From the NCBI GenBank assembly GCA_038279365.1, contig JAYODI010000008.1:32001-96000 (forward strand): a DNA stretch of 64,000 nucleotides. The letters are read 5' to 3'. The stretch is from Candidatus Latescibacterota bacterium (GTDB lineage: Bacteria > Latescibacterota > UBA2968). Made by a program: the position numbers and the translations under genes. Below are positions 29,245 through 38,939 of this stretch, one piece after another. The first letter of the stretch is position 1. The number at the start of each line of letters is the position of its first letter. The notes below the pieces were generated by a model. That model was not told the DNA's origin. It did not search any database and saw only the letters and a list, made by a program, of their open reading frames with translations.

Positions 29245-29913
29245 ATGAATGCACTCATTGTCGTTGTTAAAAACCCAGTGCCCGGGCACGTCAAAACACG
29301 CTTACAAAGCCGTTACACACCCGTACAGGCCGCACAAATTTACACCGCATTTGTTCACGACACCTTAGACATAGTTCGCACACTTACCATCGACAAACGC
29401 ATCATTGCCTACGATCCTCCCCATGCAGAAAGTGCCGTGCGCAATATCTGTGGCAACAATTTTGAATACGTTCCCCAAGTCCAAACAGATCTCGGACAAC
29501 GGATGTATCAGGCTCTCCTGCAACAACTGCAAAGCGGTGCCAAACGCGCCCTCCTTATTGGCACCGATATACCCTCCTTACCTGCCACACATATCACCCA
29601 AGCCTTTGACTTGCTCAAAACAAAAGATGTCGTAATTGGTCCCAGCACCGACGGGGGGTATTATCTCATCGGCATCTCCCGCCCTTGCCCAGAAATATTC
29701 GAAAACATCACCTGGAGTACGCCAACAGTTTTATCCGAAACAATAGATTCTTTACGTCTACAAAATTACTCCCTTGGTCTTGTTCCGCCGTGGTTCGATG
29801 TTGATACCCCCGAAGAATTAGATGTGCTCACAGCCTACGCAAACGCGCAAAAATACGCCACAAATCACCCCATGTTGCCCCATACAATTGCATGTTTGTC
29901 TGCCTTGACTTAA
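29245..29913 (+). CDS. DUF2064 / TIGR04282-like glycosyltransferase-fold protein
   Basis: KNPVPGHVKTRL, DLGQRM, IGTDIP, GPSTDGGYYLIG, WST, DVDTPEEL. Confidence 0.88.
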   Translation: MNALIVVVKNPVPGHVKTRLQSRYTPVQAAQIYTAFVHDTLDIVRTLTIDKRIIAYDPPHAESAVRNICGNNFEYVPQVQTDLGQRMYQALLQQLQSGAKRALLIGTDIPSLPATHITQAFDLLKTKDVVIGPSTDGGYYLIGISRPCPEIFENITWSTPTVLSETIDSLRLQNYSLGLVPPWFDVDTPEELDVLTAYANAQKYATNHPMLPHTIACLSALT

Positions 29914-29978
29914 GCGTTTGACATCGCTATCTTGGTGCGAATCTTCCAAACATCATTTTGCACTTTCAGGAGTCAATC

Positions 29979-30959
29979 ATGCACCGAAGCCCATTCTTAA
30001 ACTTCCTATTTATCCCCCTCTTTCTTCTCTCCATTGCCAGCACAACCCATGCACAGCCCAAATATAAATTTGCCTTTGTCACTCACGGTGGCCCAGGAAA
30101 CCCCTTTTGGAATGTGGTGATCAAAGGCATGGAAGATGCGGGCAAACGCTACAATGTTGATGTGCAGTGGCTGAGCAACCCCACCTTCTCCATATCAGAT
30201 ATGCCAAACTTTCTCGATGATGCCATTGCCAACCAAGTCAATGGCATTGGCATCACCTGCCCAGACCCCGAAGCCATTCGGGAAAGCATTAATCGGGCCC
30301 ATCAAAAAAATATTCCCATTATCGTACTCAACACCGCAGATGCCAATGCGGGCACCACCAATGCCTTGCCCACCGAATTTTATATAGGTGCCAGCGAATA
30401 TCTCGGTGGTCAATCCAATGCCAAAGCTTTACTAAATGAAGCCAAAAAACGAGGCATTAAAATTACGGGAGCCGTATGTCCCATTCAAGAATTGGGGCAC
30501 AGTGGTCTTGAAGCTCGTTTTGCAGGTTTTGAAAGCATTCTCAAACCGCAAGGGATCTCTGTAGATGGTCTCACCATATCCAACAACGTTGAACAATCTT
30601 CGGGGTTGCTCAAAGATTACTTTTTGGGGCACCCACAAACCAATGCCATTGCCACACTCGGTCCATTACCTGCCGATGCATTTTATCTTTTTGTAGAAGA
30701 AGAAGGCAAAGCACCTGGCGAAATATTGCATGCCACACACGACACCAGCCCAGCCATATTCGATCACATACGTTCAGGATATACCGTGCAGGCCGTAGAC
30801 CAACAACCCTATCTACAAGGTTACCTCACGGTTGCATTTTTATATCTCCACAACGAATTTGGCCTCACCCTCGCCCAAGACGTACTCACCGGCCCATTTG
30901 CAATCAACGCCCAAAATGTAAATCGCATAGCAGAACTTATGAAAGCTGGATATCGGTAG
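29979..30959 (+). CDS. Sugar ABC transporter substrate-binding protein
   Basis: Signal peptide ending THA-Q, FVTHG, PFWNVVIKG, AVDQQPYLQGY. Confidence 0.9.
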   Translation: MHRSPFLNFLFIPLFLLSIASTTHAQPKYKFAFVTHGGPGNPFWNVVIKGMEDAGKRYNVDVQWLSNPTFSISDMPNFLDDAIANQVNGIGITCPDPEAIRESINRAHQKNIPIIVLNTADANAGTTNALPTEFYIGASEYLGGQSNAKALLNEAKKRGIKITGAVCPIQELGHSGLEARFAGFESILKPQGISVDGLTISNNVEQSSGLLKDYFLGHPQTNAIATLGPLPADAFYLFVEEEGKAPGEILHATHDTSPAIFDHIRSGYTVQAVDQQPYLQGYLTVAFLYLHNEFGLTLAQDVLTGPFAINAQNVNRIAELMKAGYR

Positions 30960-30966
30960 GAGACTT

Positions 30967-32166
30967 TTGTTGACCAACGTGTTTACCTCATTTCGTAGCC
31001 ATTTTTCAAAAACACCCGAAGCAGGTGCAGCAGCCGGTTTTCTGGCCGTATTTCTCTTTTTTGCATTGGCAACCCCCACCACCTTTCTTTCCAACAGCTC
31101 CTTCTCCTCCATATTAAACAGCCAAGCCGTTCCAGGTATTGTTGCCATAGGCATTACCCTGCTCATGATCTCTGGTGAATTCGATCTATCTGTGGGTTCC
31201 ATTTTGGGCGTTGCATCACTTGTTTTTCTTTATGCCACGGTGAATGGCCTACACATCGTTCTGGCAGGTTTCCTTGGCTTGCTCACTGGAGGTTTGTTGG
31301 GGCTCATCAATGGCCTCTTATTCACTTACACAGGTATTCCCTCCTTTATCGTCACCTTGGGCACCATGCTCGTCTACAGGGCCATTTCCCTTTCTGCCAA
31401 TTCGGGTGGGCGTATCATTCGCTACTCTGAGTTTTCCCGAGATGCGCCTACCATTTCCCCACCCACCTGGTGCATCATCCTAATCGTTGGCTCTCTGATA
31501 GGGTTCTTTGCTTGGATATTAAAAGACATCTATGCGGCTTATCAAATAAATCGACAAAAACGTATTCTCTCACTGGTCACCTTTTATGGCATCATCCTTC
31601 TTTTGTTGATTTATGCACTCTTTGGCACCTTAAAAACAGGGCCCATTTCTATTGACATCTTTCAACTTCTCAACGGCAATTTAGAATTTGTTCCTGGAAA
31701 TTACCGAACAAGTATTTTATGGTGGCTCTTGCTCACAGTTTTGTTCACCCTCATTTTAACCCGCACCCGTTTTGGAAATGCCATATTTGCCACAGGTGGC
31801 AACCCCCAAGCGGCTCGGTTACAAGGCATCAACATTGATCGGGTGCGCATTACAAATTTTGTGATCTCAGGTTCTTTGGCTGCGGTTGCTGGCATCATTC
31901 AAACCGCTCGATTAAAAAGTGTCGATCCCCTGCGCGGTACAGGCTTAGAGCTTGAAGTCATTGCCGCAGTTGTTATTGGTGGTACCTTGCTTACAGGCGG
32001 GTTTGGTAGCCTCGTTGGTTCAGCAATTGGCACAGCGCTTACAGGCATGTTACGCACAGGACTGGTGCTTGTCCAAGTACCTTCCAATGCCTTTAGAGGC
32101 GCCATAGGTGCCATTATGATTATCGCCGTCATCATCAACAATAACGTGCGCAAAGAACGCTCATGA
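30967..32166 (+). CDS. Sugar ABC transporter permease (RbsC-like)
   Basis: ISGEFDLSVGS, IPSFIVTLG, ATGGNPQAARLQG, ELEVIAAVVIGGT. Confidence 0.92.
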   Translation: MLTNVFTSFRSHFSKTPEAGAAAGFLAVFLFFALATPTTFLSNSSFSSILNSQAVPGIVAIGITLLMISGEFDLSVGSILGVASLVFLYATVNGLHIVLAGFLGLLTGGLLGLINGLLFTYTGIPSFIVTLGTMLVYRAISLSANSGGRIIRYSEFSRDAPTISPPTWCIILIVGSLIGFFAWILKDIYAAYQINRQKRILSLVTFYGIILLLLIYALFGTLKTGPISIDIFQLLNGNLEFVPGNYRTSILWWLLLTVLFTLILTRTRFGNAIFATGGNPQAARLQGINIDRVRITNFVISGSLAAVAGIIQTARLKSVDPLRGTGLELEVIAAVVIGGTLLTGGFGSLVGSAIGTALTGMLRTGLVLVQVPSNAFRGAIGAIMIIAVIINNNVRKERS

Positions 32167-32936
32167 GCCTCCTGAGACTCCATCAGGCAGGGCGTCGTTT
32201 TGGTCACATCACCGCCTTGCAAAATGTTGACCTTCACTTACAAGCCGGTGAAGTATTGGCGCTTTTGGGAGACAACGGTGCAGGCAAATCGACCCTCATC
32301 AAATTGTTAACAGGTGTTCATCCGCTCTCTTCTGGTGAAATGTATTTTGACAACAAACCTGTCCATTTGCAATCGCCACACGATGCACGCAACTTGGGCA
32401 TCGAAACCGTTTACCAAGATTTGGCCTTAATCCCTGCCCTCAGCATAGCACGCAACTTTTTTTTAGGTCGAGAAATTACCAAACGCATTGGTCCATTTCA
32501 CTTTCTCGATCAGGAAACCATGAATGCAGAAGCCACCCAAGCCCTGCATGCCATTGGCATTCACATTCGCAATCCCAACGAACCTGTGGGCAGTCTTTCG
32601 GGGGGCGAGCGCCAATCCATTGCCATTGGACGCGCTGTTCACTTTGGCTCTCGCATTCTCATTCTTGATGAGCCCACATCTGCCCTCTCTATTGGCGAAA
32701 CACGCAAAGTGCTCAGCTACATCACATCAGCCAAAGAAAAAGGCCTTGGTGTTGTGTTCATTACCCACAATATTCACCATGTCTTTGAAGTTGCAGACCG
32801 CATTACCATTTTGCAACATGGCGAAAAATTAGGTGATTTTGCCATAACAAACCTCACCATTGATGATGTGGCACAAATGATCATGGGCAAAGGCATACCT
32901 ACCCACCTCTTACCTCAAACCGAAAGCACACCTTAA
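32163..32936 (+). CDS. Sugar ABC transporter ATP-binding protein (single domain)
   Basis: GDNGAGKST, VYQDLAL, LSGGERQ, ILDEPT. Confidence 0.93.
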   Translation: MSLLRLHQAGRRFGHITALQNVDLHLQAGEVLALLGDNGAGKSTLIKLLTGVHPLSSGEMYFDNKPVHLQSPHDARNLGIETVYQDLALIPALSIARNFFLGREITKRIGPFHFLDQETMNAEATQALHAIGIHIRNPNEPVGSLSGGERQSIAIGRAVHFGSRILILDEPTSALSIGETRKVLSYITSAKEKGLGVVFITHNIHHVFEVADRITILQHGEKLGDFAITNLTIDDVAQMIMGKGIPTHLLPQTESTP

Positions 32937-34294
32937 TGGCTTCAAGCAAAAGCCGCTTCGACTTTTCCCTCACGCGTCAAATTCTCACCCTCACCATACC
33001 TGTTGCCCTCACCCGCCAACTCGACAATGTGGTGGGCATGGCCGATATCTTTATGGTGGGCAAAATCGGCCCAGAGGCCATTTCTGCAGTCGGCATCTCA
33101 CGCACCATTGTTATGGTCATTTCGGTTACCATGATCGCCATTACAACAGGCGCTTTTGCCATGATTGCCCAAGCCATTGGGGCCCAAAATGAAGAAGGTG
33201 CGAGTTCGGCAGCCAAGCAGTCTATTTCTTTGCTTTCGGGATTCAGCATCATCCCCAGTCTCATAGGCATTATTGGCGCACCTTATTTTTTACAAGCTTT
33301 AAGCTTAGCCCCCGAAGTGGTGGTGTTGGCCACACCTTATTTGCGCGTTTTTTTTGCGGGTTCTGTCTTTATGATGCTTAACTTTGCCATTACAACCTGC
33401 TTACACGCTGCAGGAAACACACAAACACCTTTTTATATCAGCATGTTCAACAATGGTGTAAAAGTCGTATTGAGCTACCTCCTCATCTTTGGTCATTTCG
33501 GCTTTCCAGAAATGGGGGTTGTCGGTGCAGCAATTGGCGGTGTGGTTGGCCGAGGATTGGGCGTGATCATTGGATTTGGTGTTTTGTACAGTGGAAAATT
33601 TGGCATCAAGCTGTTACCATCCACCTCTTACAAACCCGACTTTGCACAAGCCAGTCGCATTCTCCGCATTGGTATTCCCGCGGCCCTACAAGGCATGTTT
33701 CGCAATGGATCTGGCGTGGTTTTTGTCAAGCTTATTGCCATGACCTCCGCATCCACTACCGCCGTTGCCGCCTTCTCCATTGGCAGCCAAATGGAACGCT
33801 TGGTGCGTCAAATATCACTGGCATTTAGTACCGCATCCACCACACTGGTTGGTCAAAGTATTGGGGCAAAAAAATTAGACGAAGCCGAAACCCGCGGATG
33901 GACAACACTCGCTTTGGCCGTTCTCACAGTATCCATCTTAGGCATTCCTATAGCCGTATTTGCCAGACCCATTCTCGGCTTTTTTACAGATGCCCCCGAC
34001 GTCATCCAAATTGGCATTTTATACTTGGTGATGATTGTGGTCTCCGAACCCTTCATGTGTGCCGCTATTACCAGTGGAGGTTCTTTGCGAGGTGCAGGTG
34101 ACAATATGCCTGCACTGTATTACACCGTTATTTCCCAGTGGGCTATTCGTTTACCCGTTGCGGCTTTTCTTGCATTTTGGATGGGCTACGATATTTACGG
34201 CATTTGGTATTCACTGGTTATCTTTTGCGCCATCCAAGGTTTTCTCACGGTTCGAAAATTTGGCCAAGGCCATTGGAAAACACGCAAAATTTAG
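32936..34294 (+). CDS. MATE family efflux transporter
   Basis: ADIFMVGKIG, AGNTQTP, MGVVGAA, LVGQSIGA, LRGAGD; about 12 TM segments. Confidence 0.9.
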   Translation: MASSKSRFDFSLTRQILTLTIPVALTRQLDNVVGMADIFMVGKIGPEAISAVGISRTIVMVISVTMIAITTGAFAMIAQAIGAQNEEGASSAAKQSISLLSGFSIIPSLIGIIGAPYFLQALSLAPEVVVLATPYLRVFFAGSVFMMLNFAITTCLHAAGNTQTPFYISMFNNGVKVVLSYLLIFGHFGFPEMGVVGAAIGGVVGRGLGVIIGFGVLYSGKFGIKLLPSTSYKPDFAQASRILRIGIPAALQGMFRNGSGVVFVKLIAMTSASTTAVAAFSIGSQMERLVRQISLAFSTASTTLVGQSIGAKKLDEAETRGWTTLALAVLTVSILGIPIAVFARPILGFFTDAPDVIQIGILYLVMIVVSEPFMCAAITSGGSLRGAGDNMPALYYTVISQWAIRLPVAAFLAFWMGYDIYGIWYSLVIFCAIQGFLTVRKFGQGHWKTRKI

Positions 34295-34320
34295 CCATCA
34301 AAAAAGCCTTTCCTCATAAT

Positions 34321-34357
34321 AAAAAACGGGTGATCCATTTTGGATCACCCGTTTTTT
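34321..34357. terminator. Bidirectional terminator
   Basis: AAAAAACGGGTGATCCA-TTT-TGGATCACCCGTTTTTT between convergent genes. Confidence 0.9.
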
Positions 34358-34380
34358 ATTTCTTCTAGTGATGTAGCAGA

Positions 34381-35154
34381 CTATTTCCCCAAAGGATTCT
34401 CACGCAATGTGGCCAAATGTTGCTGCACCATCTGTGCACCATATCCCAATACACTGCCCACATTCATAAACCGATATCCCCACCGCAATTTCTGTTGTAT
34501 TTCAGCAACATCCACCAATGTCGTACCAGCAACAAGTCCCGTACCCTCTAACCGCTTAGGTACGTCTTCCATAATTTCTTGGACTTCTTTGCTGCCTGTT
34601 TGAGTTATCTTCCCTACAGATGCAGACAAATCCATGGGCCCAACCAAAAGCACATCAAAACCCGGCACCTTTTTAATTTCGTCAATATTGTTATAAGCTT
34701 CTTGGCTTTCAAGCTGAAGCACCAAAACTGTTTCATCATTGGCACCGCGAATAGCCTCTCCCCAATCCACACCTGCCACATTGGGCCAAGAGGGTGATAT
34801 ACCTCGCTGCCCCAATGGCGGATAACGCGCATATTCCACAGCCTTGGCCGCTTCTTCAGCCGTATTAATTTGCGGCACCATCACCGCAACTGCGCCCACA
34901 TCATAGGCTTTTTTTATGAGTGCAGGGTCATTCCAAGCCACGCGAATCATCGGCGAAGAACCGCGCATGCGAATAAGAGAGGGAATCACATCCAAAGCTT
35001 CAGTAGCATAAGGGGCGTGTTCGGTATCGATCCAGACAAAATCAGGTTTGGCATTGCAGATACTGCTTGCAACCATTGCAGACGGAACAGGCAAAGCAGA
35101 GCCCAATACAATTTCACCTGCTTGCAATTTTTGTTTTAAGGGACTGGGAAACAA
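34381..35154 (-). CDS. HpcH/HpaI-family class II pyruvate aldolase
   Basis: DFVWIDTEH, IRV, YPPLGQRG, QLES, VGPMDLS. Confidence 0.9.
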   Translation of the reverse strand: MFPSPLKQKLQAGEIVLGSALPVPSAMVASSICNAKPDFVWIDTEHAPYATEALDVIPSLIRMRGSSPMIRVAWNDPALIKKAYDVGAVAVMVPQINTAEEAAKAVEYARYPPLGQRGISPSWPNVAGVDWGEAIRGANDETVLVLQLESQEAYNNIDEIKKVPGFDVLLVGPMDLSASVGKITQTGSKEVQEIMEDVPKRLEGTGLVAGTTLVDVAEIQQKLRWGYRFMNVGSVLGYGAQMVQQHLATLRENPLGK

Positions 35155-35203
35155 ATAGAACTCCTTTTAAAAGGTGAGACAAACGATAAAAGCATCCAAT
35201 GAT

Positions 35204-36457
35204 TTAATCTTTCCATAATCTTGGTACAGGTTCAGGCACCACAGTAACAGGCCAATATTCTGACGGCGCATCTTCCCATAAAGGCACTGTGCGTGCATCG
35301 CGGTCAAATATAATCTTCCCCGCTCTTAAGGTCAATCGACACACCAATCGCTCATTGGCGTCTATGCGGGTATACCCACAATCTTGTAATGGAAACACAC
35401 CCTTTTCCAAATCCAAAACAGCCACATCGGCCTCAGCCCCAATGCTTAGGGTGCCCAACTCTGGGCGATGAATGGCCTTAGCGGGTGTAACAGTTGAGCG
35501 ATAAATCACATCCTCTAAGGTCATCCCCATCGCCATACACTTCGACATGGTATCTTGCATTGAAAACACTGGCCCCATGATATTGCCCATGTGCAAATCT
35601 GTGCTGATCGAATCGGGGCCAAATCCATTCTTAATCGCCCGGGCACCATTGCGATACCAAAAACTCGCCGCACCGTGTCCCAAATCAAACCAGATGCCGC
35701 GTTCACGAGCCTCAAACATATAAGGTTCTACATTGCCCGATTCATCTACGACAGGAAATTGTCGGGCGTACACATGGGTATGAATATCACCTGGGCGCAG
35801 TTTTTCCAAAATCAACTGCGGGTAGGAACGCTCGGGTGGTCTTGGCCAAAAGTCTACCATCACAGGCATATCACACTTATTTCCCGCTTCAACCGATTTT
35901 TCCACCGATTCCCAAGCGGGATGCATCTCATCAAAAGGCAATGATGTCCAATAATGCGCCGTTTTAATGCCCACCACCACGTCGGCATGTTCTTTTGCCG
36001 CCCGAGAGGCTCCGTCTGTGTCAAACGTGCGAATGTCTTGTTCTGGTGCCCCCATACCAGGAGCCGCAATATTGATATAAGCCAAAACGCGCGTCTTTGC
36101 TTTCTCCATCACCGTTTGACGAAAATGCGTGATCTCTTGATACCCCGCCGTTCCCGTATCCACACAAGTGGTCACCCCAGAGGCCTGAAAATGTGCATCG
36201 GGGTTCAAGCTTTGTAAAAACAACCCGTCACCCAAAATCCGTGTAAAATAAGCATGAATATGAATGTCAATTAACCCAGGTGTCACCAATAAACCAGAGA
36301 CATCTACCGTTCTTATGGCATCTGCCTTTGGAATCTGCGCCTCAACACGCGCAATCTTTCCATCGAAGATCCCCACATCAAACAAACCATCCACGCCATT
36401 GGCAGGGTCAATCACACGCCCACCTTTTAATACCAAATCTAACCTTGGTTGTGCCAT
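35204..36457 (-). CDS. Amidohydrolase, dihydroorotase-like deacetylase (COG3964-type)
   Basis: PGLIDIHIH, GVTTCVDTG, VGIK, LRPGDIHTH, DLGHG, ISTDLH. Confidence 0.85.
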   Translation of the reverse strand: MAQPRLDLVLKGGRVIDPANGVDGLFDVGIFDGKIARVEAQIPKADAIRTVDVSGLLVTPGLIDIHIHAYFTRILGDGLFLQSLNPDAHFQASGVTTCVDTGTAGYQEITHFRQTVMEKAKTRVLAYINIAAPGMGAPEQDIRTFDTDGASRAAKEHADVVVGIKTAHYWTSLPFDEMHPAWESVEKSVEAGNKCDMPVMVDFWPRPPERSYPQLILEKLRPGDIHTHVYARQFPVVDESGNVEPYMFEARERGIWFDLGHGAASFWYRNGARAIKNGFGPDSISTDLHMGNIMGPVFSMQDTMSKCMAMGMTLEDVIYRSTVTPAKAIHRPELGTLSIGAEADVAVLDLEKGVFPLQDCGYTRIDANERLVCRLTLRAGKIIFDRDARTVPLWEDAPSEYWPVTVVPEPVPRLWKD

Positions 36458-36472
36458 GAACAGTATCCCTCC

Positions 36473-36494
36473 TTGCAATGCTTGAGAATTGCAA
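36473..36494. promoter_or_regulatory. Palindromic candidate operator
   Basis: TTGCAAT-N8-ATTGCAA between divergent genes, abutting the GGAGG SD of the amidohydrolase. Confidence 0.35.
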
Positions 36495-36558
36495 CACATA
36501 GCCGTATATTTAACTCACAATTCGATTACCTTCAACTCTTGATAATACAAAAAAAATT

Positions 36559-37377
36559 ATGCGAATTCTCCTCATTTTATGTGTGGTCTGTTTGGTTTCT
36601 TGCAATTATGTGACCACGCCCATTCCTCATCTTTCATCGGCAAACAATTCCCCTTCTGCCCCAGATGCCGAACCCGCATCCCAATTCACGTTCTCTATCA
36701 TCAACACATATCCGCACGACGCATCGGCATTCACCCAAGGCCTGGTTTTTGCAGACAGCATCTTTTATGAAGGCACGGGGCTTTTTGGCGCATCATCCAT
36801 TCGCAAAGTGTCTCCCACAACAGGTAAAGTTTTGCAAGTGCGCAACAATTCTTCTGCTTTTTTTGGTGAAGGCATCACCCTATTTGAAGACAAACTCTAT
36901 CAACTCACGTGGCAGGCCCAAACATGCTTTGTTTATAACAAAAATACATTTGAAATTGTTGGCCAATTTTCTTATGCCACACAAGGATGGGGCTTAACCC
37001 ACGATGGCACAAGCCTGATTATGAGCGATGGCACGGCCAATATTTATTTTCGAGACCCCACTACATTTGCAGAAACAAAACGCATTCAGGTAACAGATGA
37101 AACAGGCCCGATTAGAAACCTCAACGAACTGGAATACATCAAAGGAGCCATTTATGCCAACATCTGGCTCACTGATCGCATTGCCAAAATAGATCCGCAA
37201 ACGGGTCGTGTCATTTCTTGGATAGACCTAACCGATCTCTTGCCTCAAAATGAACGCAAGAATACCGATGCGGTTCTCAATGGCATTGCATATGACCCAC
37301 AAACAGATCGCCTATTTGTCACTGGCAAATGGTGGCCAAAGATTTTTGAAATCAAATTGGTCAATCAGACGCCATAA
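36559..37377 (+). CDS. Glutaminyl-peptide cyclotransferase (beta-propeller type), probable lipoprotein
   Basis: Lipobox LVSC; YPHD-AFTQGL, FGEG, QLTW, GWGLT, MSDG, LNELE, VLNGIA, VTGKWW. Confidence 0.93.
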   Translation: MRILLILCVVCLVSCNYVTTPIPHLSSANNSPSAPDAEPASQFTFSIINTYPHDASAFTQGLVFADSIFYEGTGLFGASSIRKVSPTTGKVLQVRNNSSAFFGEGITLFEDKLYQLTWQAQTCFVYNKNTFEIVGQFSYATQGWGLTHDGTSLIMSDGTANIYFRDPTTFAETKRIQVTDETGPIRNLNELEYIKGAIYANIWLTDRIAKIDPQTGRVISWIDLTDLLPQNERKNTDAVLNGIAYDPQTDRLFVTGKWWPKIFEIKLVNQTP

Positions 37378-37411
37378 ACCCGTTGCCAAACAAATCCACT
37401 CGTTGAAAGAC

Positions 37412-37440
37412 TTGACAAACACGCCGACACACCCTATCCT
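37412..37440 (+). promoter_or_regulatory. sigma70-type promoter
   Basis: TTGACA-17 nt-TATCCT, then a GGAGG SD. Confidence 0.6.
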
Positions 37441-37463
37441 CGCCAACAACAGAGGAGGTATTT

Positions 37464-38582
37464 ATGTCCGCAACACTTGAAGCACCCATATCAGACACCC
37501 CAACAGATCTTCAAAACAAAACGTTTACCATCGATTGTGACGTGCATCACTCCGTAGGCAGCACAGAGATGCTCTATCCTTATATGCCACGTCACTTTGT
37601 CGAATACATGAAAGACTTTGGGCCCATGATGCCCAAATTGGGCTACACCAATATGCCAGGTAATGGCGCCCGACACGATCTGTGGGAAGACCCCAAAATC
37701 AACCCTGGGTCAACGCCCAGTGTGTGCATCGAAAAACACCTTAACCGCTATGACATTGACTATGCCATTCTAACCGGTGGGCCTTATGCCGCTGCGGTGC
37801 ATCCCAACCCCGACTATGCCATGGCTTATTGTCGCGCCTTTAACGATTACACACGTGATCATTGGATTGCCACAGATCCCCGTTTTCGTGCCTCCATACA
37901 CATCGCGCCCACAGACCCACAACTTGCCGCTGAAGAAATTGACAGATTAGGCCCCGACCCCAATTTTGTACAGGTCATGATACCTGGTGGTACGCGCCTC
38001 CCATTTGGAAACAGATTTTATTATCCGATTTACGAAGCCTGTGAACGACATGGGTTGCCCGTTTCTTGCCATTTTGGAGGCGAAGGACAAGGCATTGCAG
38101 GCCCACCCACTTCAGCGGGTTATCCAACCTACTACCTCGAAATGCGCTTGGCCCGGCCCCAAAATGCAATGGCCCATGTAACCAGCCTTGTGGTAGAAGG
38201 TGTGTTCGAAAAATTTCCCAACTTCCACTTTATCTTTATTGAACAATGTACCTTTTGGCTACCCGGTCTTATGTGGCATCTCGATTCCGATTGGCGTGCT
38301 TTACGCGATTACACCCCTTGGGTCAAACGCTTACCCAGCGAATACATTCGCGATCACATCCGTTTGGGCACACAACCCTTTCCCGATTTGCCAAATGGTC
38401 TGAAAGACCTACCAACATATCTCGAATGGTTACACGCCAAAGACACTTTGGTTTTTGCCAGTGATTACCCGCATTGGGATTGGGACGAACCCCAAAACTT
38501 TCTCAATGGCATAGACGATACTTTGCGCAGTCGCATCTTAGGGGGCAACATGGCCGAAATACTGAAACTGGATGCCAAATGA
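37464..38582 (+). CDS. Amidohydrolase_2-fold metalloenzyme (candidate dinuclear oxygenase)
   Basis: IDCDVHH, YYPIYEAC, CHFGG, GVFEKFP, FIE, FASDYPHWD. Confidence 0.85.
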   Translation: MSATLEAPISDTPTDLQNKTFTIDCDVHHSVGSTEMLYPYMPRHFVEYMKDFGPMMPKLGYTNMPGNGARHDLWEDPKINPGSTPSVCIEKHLNRYDIDYAILTGGPYAAAVHPNPDYAMAYCRAFNDYTRDHWIATDPRFRASIHIAPTDPQLAAEEIDRLGPDPNFVQVMIPGGTRLPFGNRFYYPIYEACERHGLPVSCHFGGEGQGIAGPPTSAGYPTYYLEMRLARPQNAMAHVTSLVVEGVFEKFPNFHFIFIEQCTFWLPGLMWHLDSDWRALRDYTPWVKRLPSEYIRDHIRLGTQPFPDLPNGLKDLPTYLEWLHAKDTLVFASDYPHWDWDEPQNFLNGIDDTLRSRILGGNMAEILKLDAK

Positions 38583-38938
38583 AACATGTTATTGCCACAA
38601 CAACCGAATTGCCACCTGGCACGCGCAAAATTGTCAAAATAGAAAACCGAGAAATCGGCGTATTCAATGTCAAGGGTGAATATTTGGCCATTCGCAACAT
38701 TTGCCCACACCGACATGGTCCCCTGTGCAAAGGGCGCACCCGCCCACTTGTGGTTTCAAATGGCGTGCTCGATATTGGTTTTGAACGAGAAGATGAAATT
38801 ATCAAGTGCCCTTGGCATCAGTGGGAATTTGATTTGCGAACGGGCAATTCCATTACAGATGACAATTTGCGGGTAAGAACCTATGCAGTAAGAGTAGAAA
38901 ACGAAAACATTGTTATTGACCTTCATTCACGGAATTAA
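38579..38938 (+). CDS. Rieske [2Fe-2S] ferredoxin
   Basis: CPHRHGPL...CPWHQWEFD; ATGA overlap with the upstream gene. Confidence 0.93.
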   Translation: MKHVIATTTELPPGTRKIVKIENREIGVFNVKGEYLAIRNICPHRHGPLCKGRTRPLVVSNGVLDIGFEREDEIIKCPWHQWEFDLRTGNSITDDNLRVRTYAVRVENENIVIDLHSRN

Positions 38939-38939
38939 A

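Noticed and set aside
35204-36457. Calling this gene pyrC (dihydroorotase)
   Set aside because: It lacks the HxR substrate-binding motif and has no pyr context; motifs fit the COG3964 deacetylase group.
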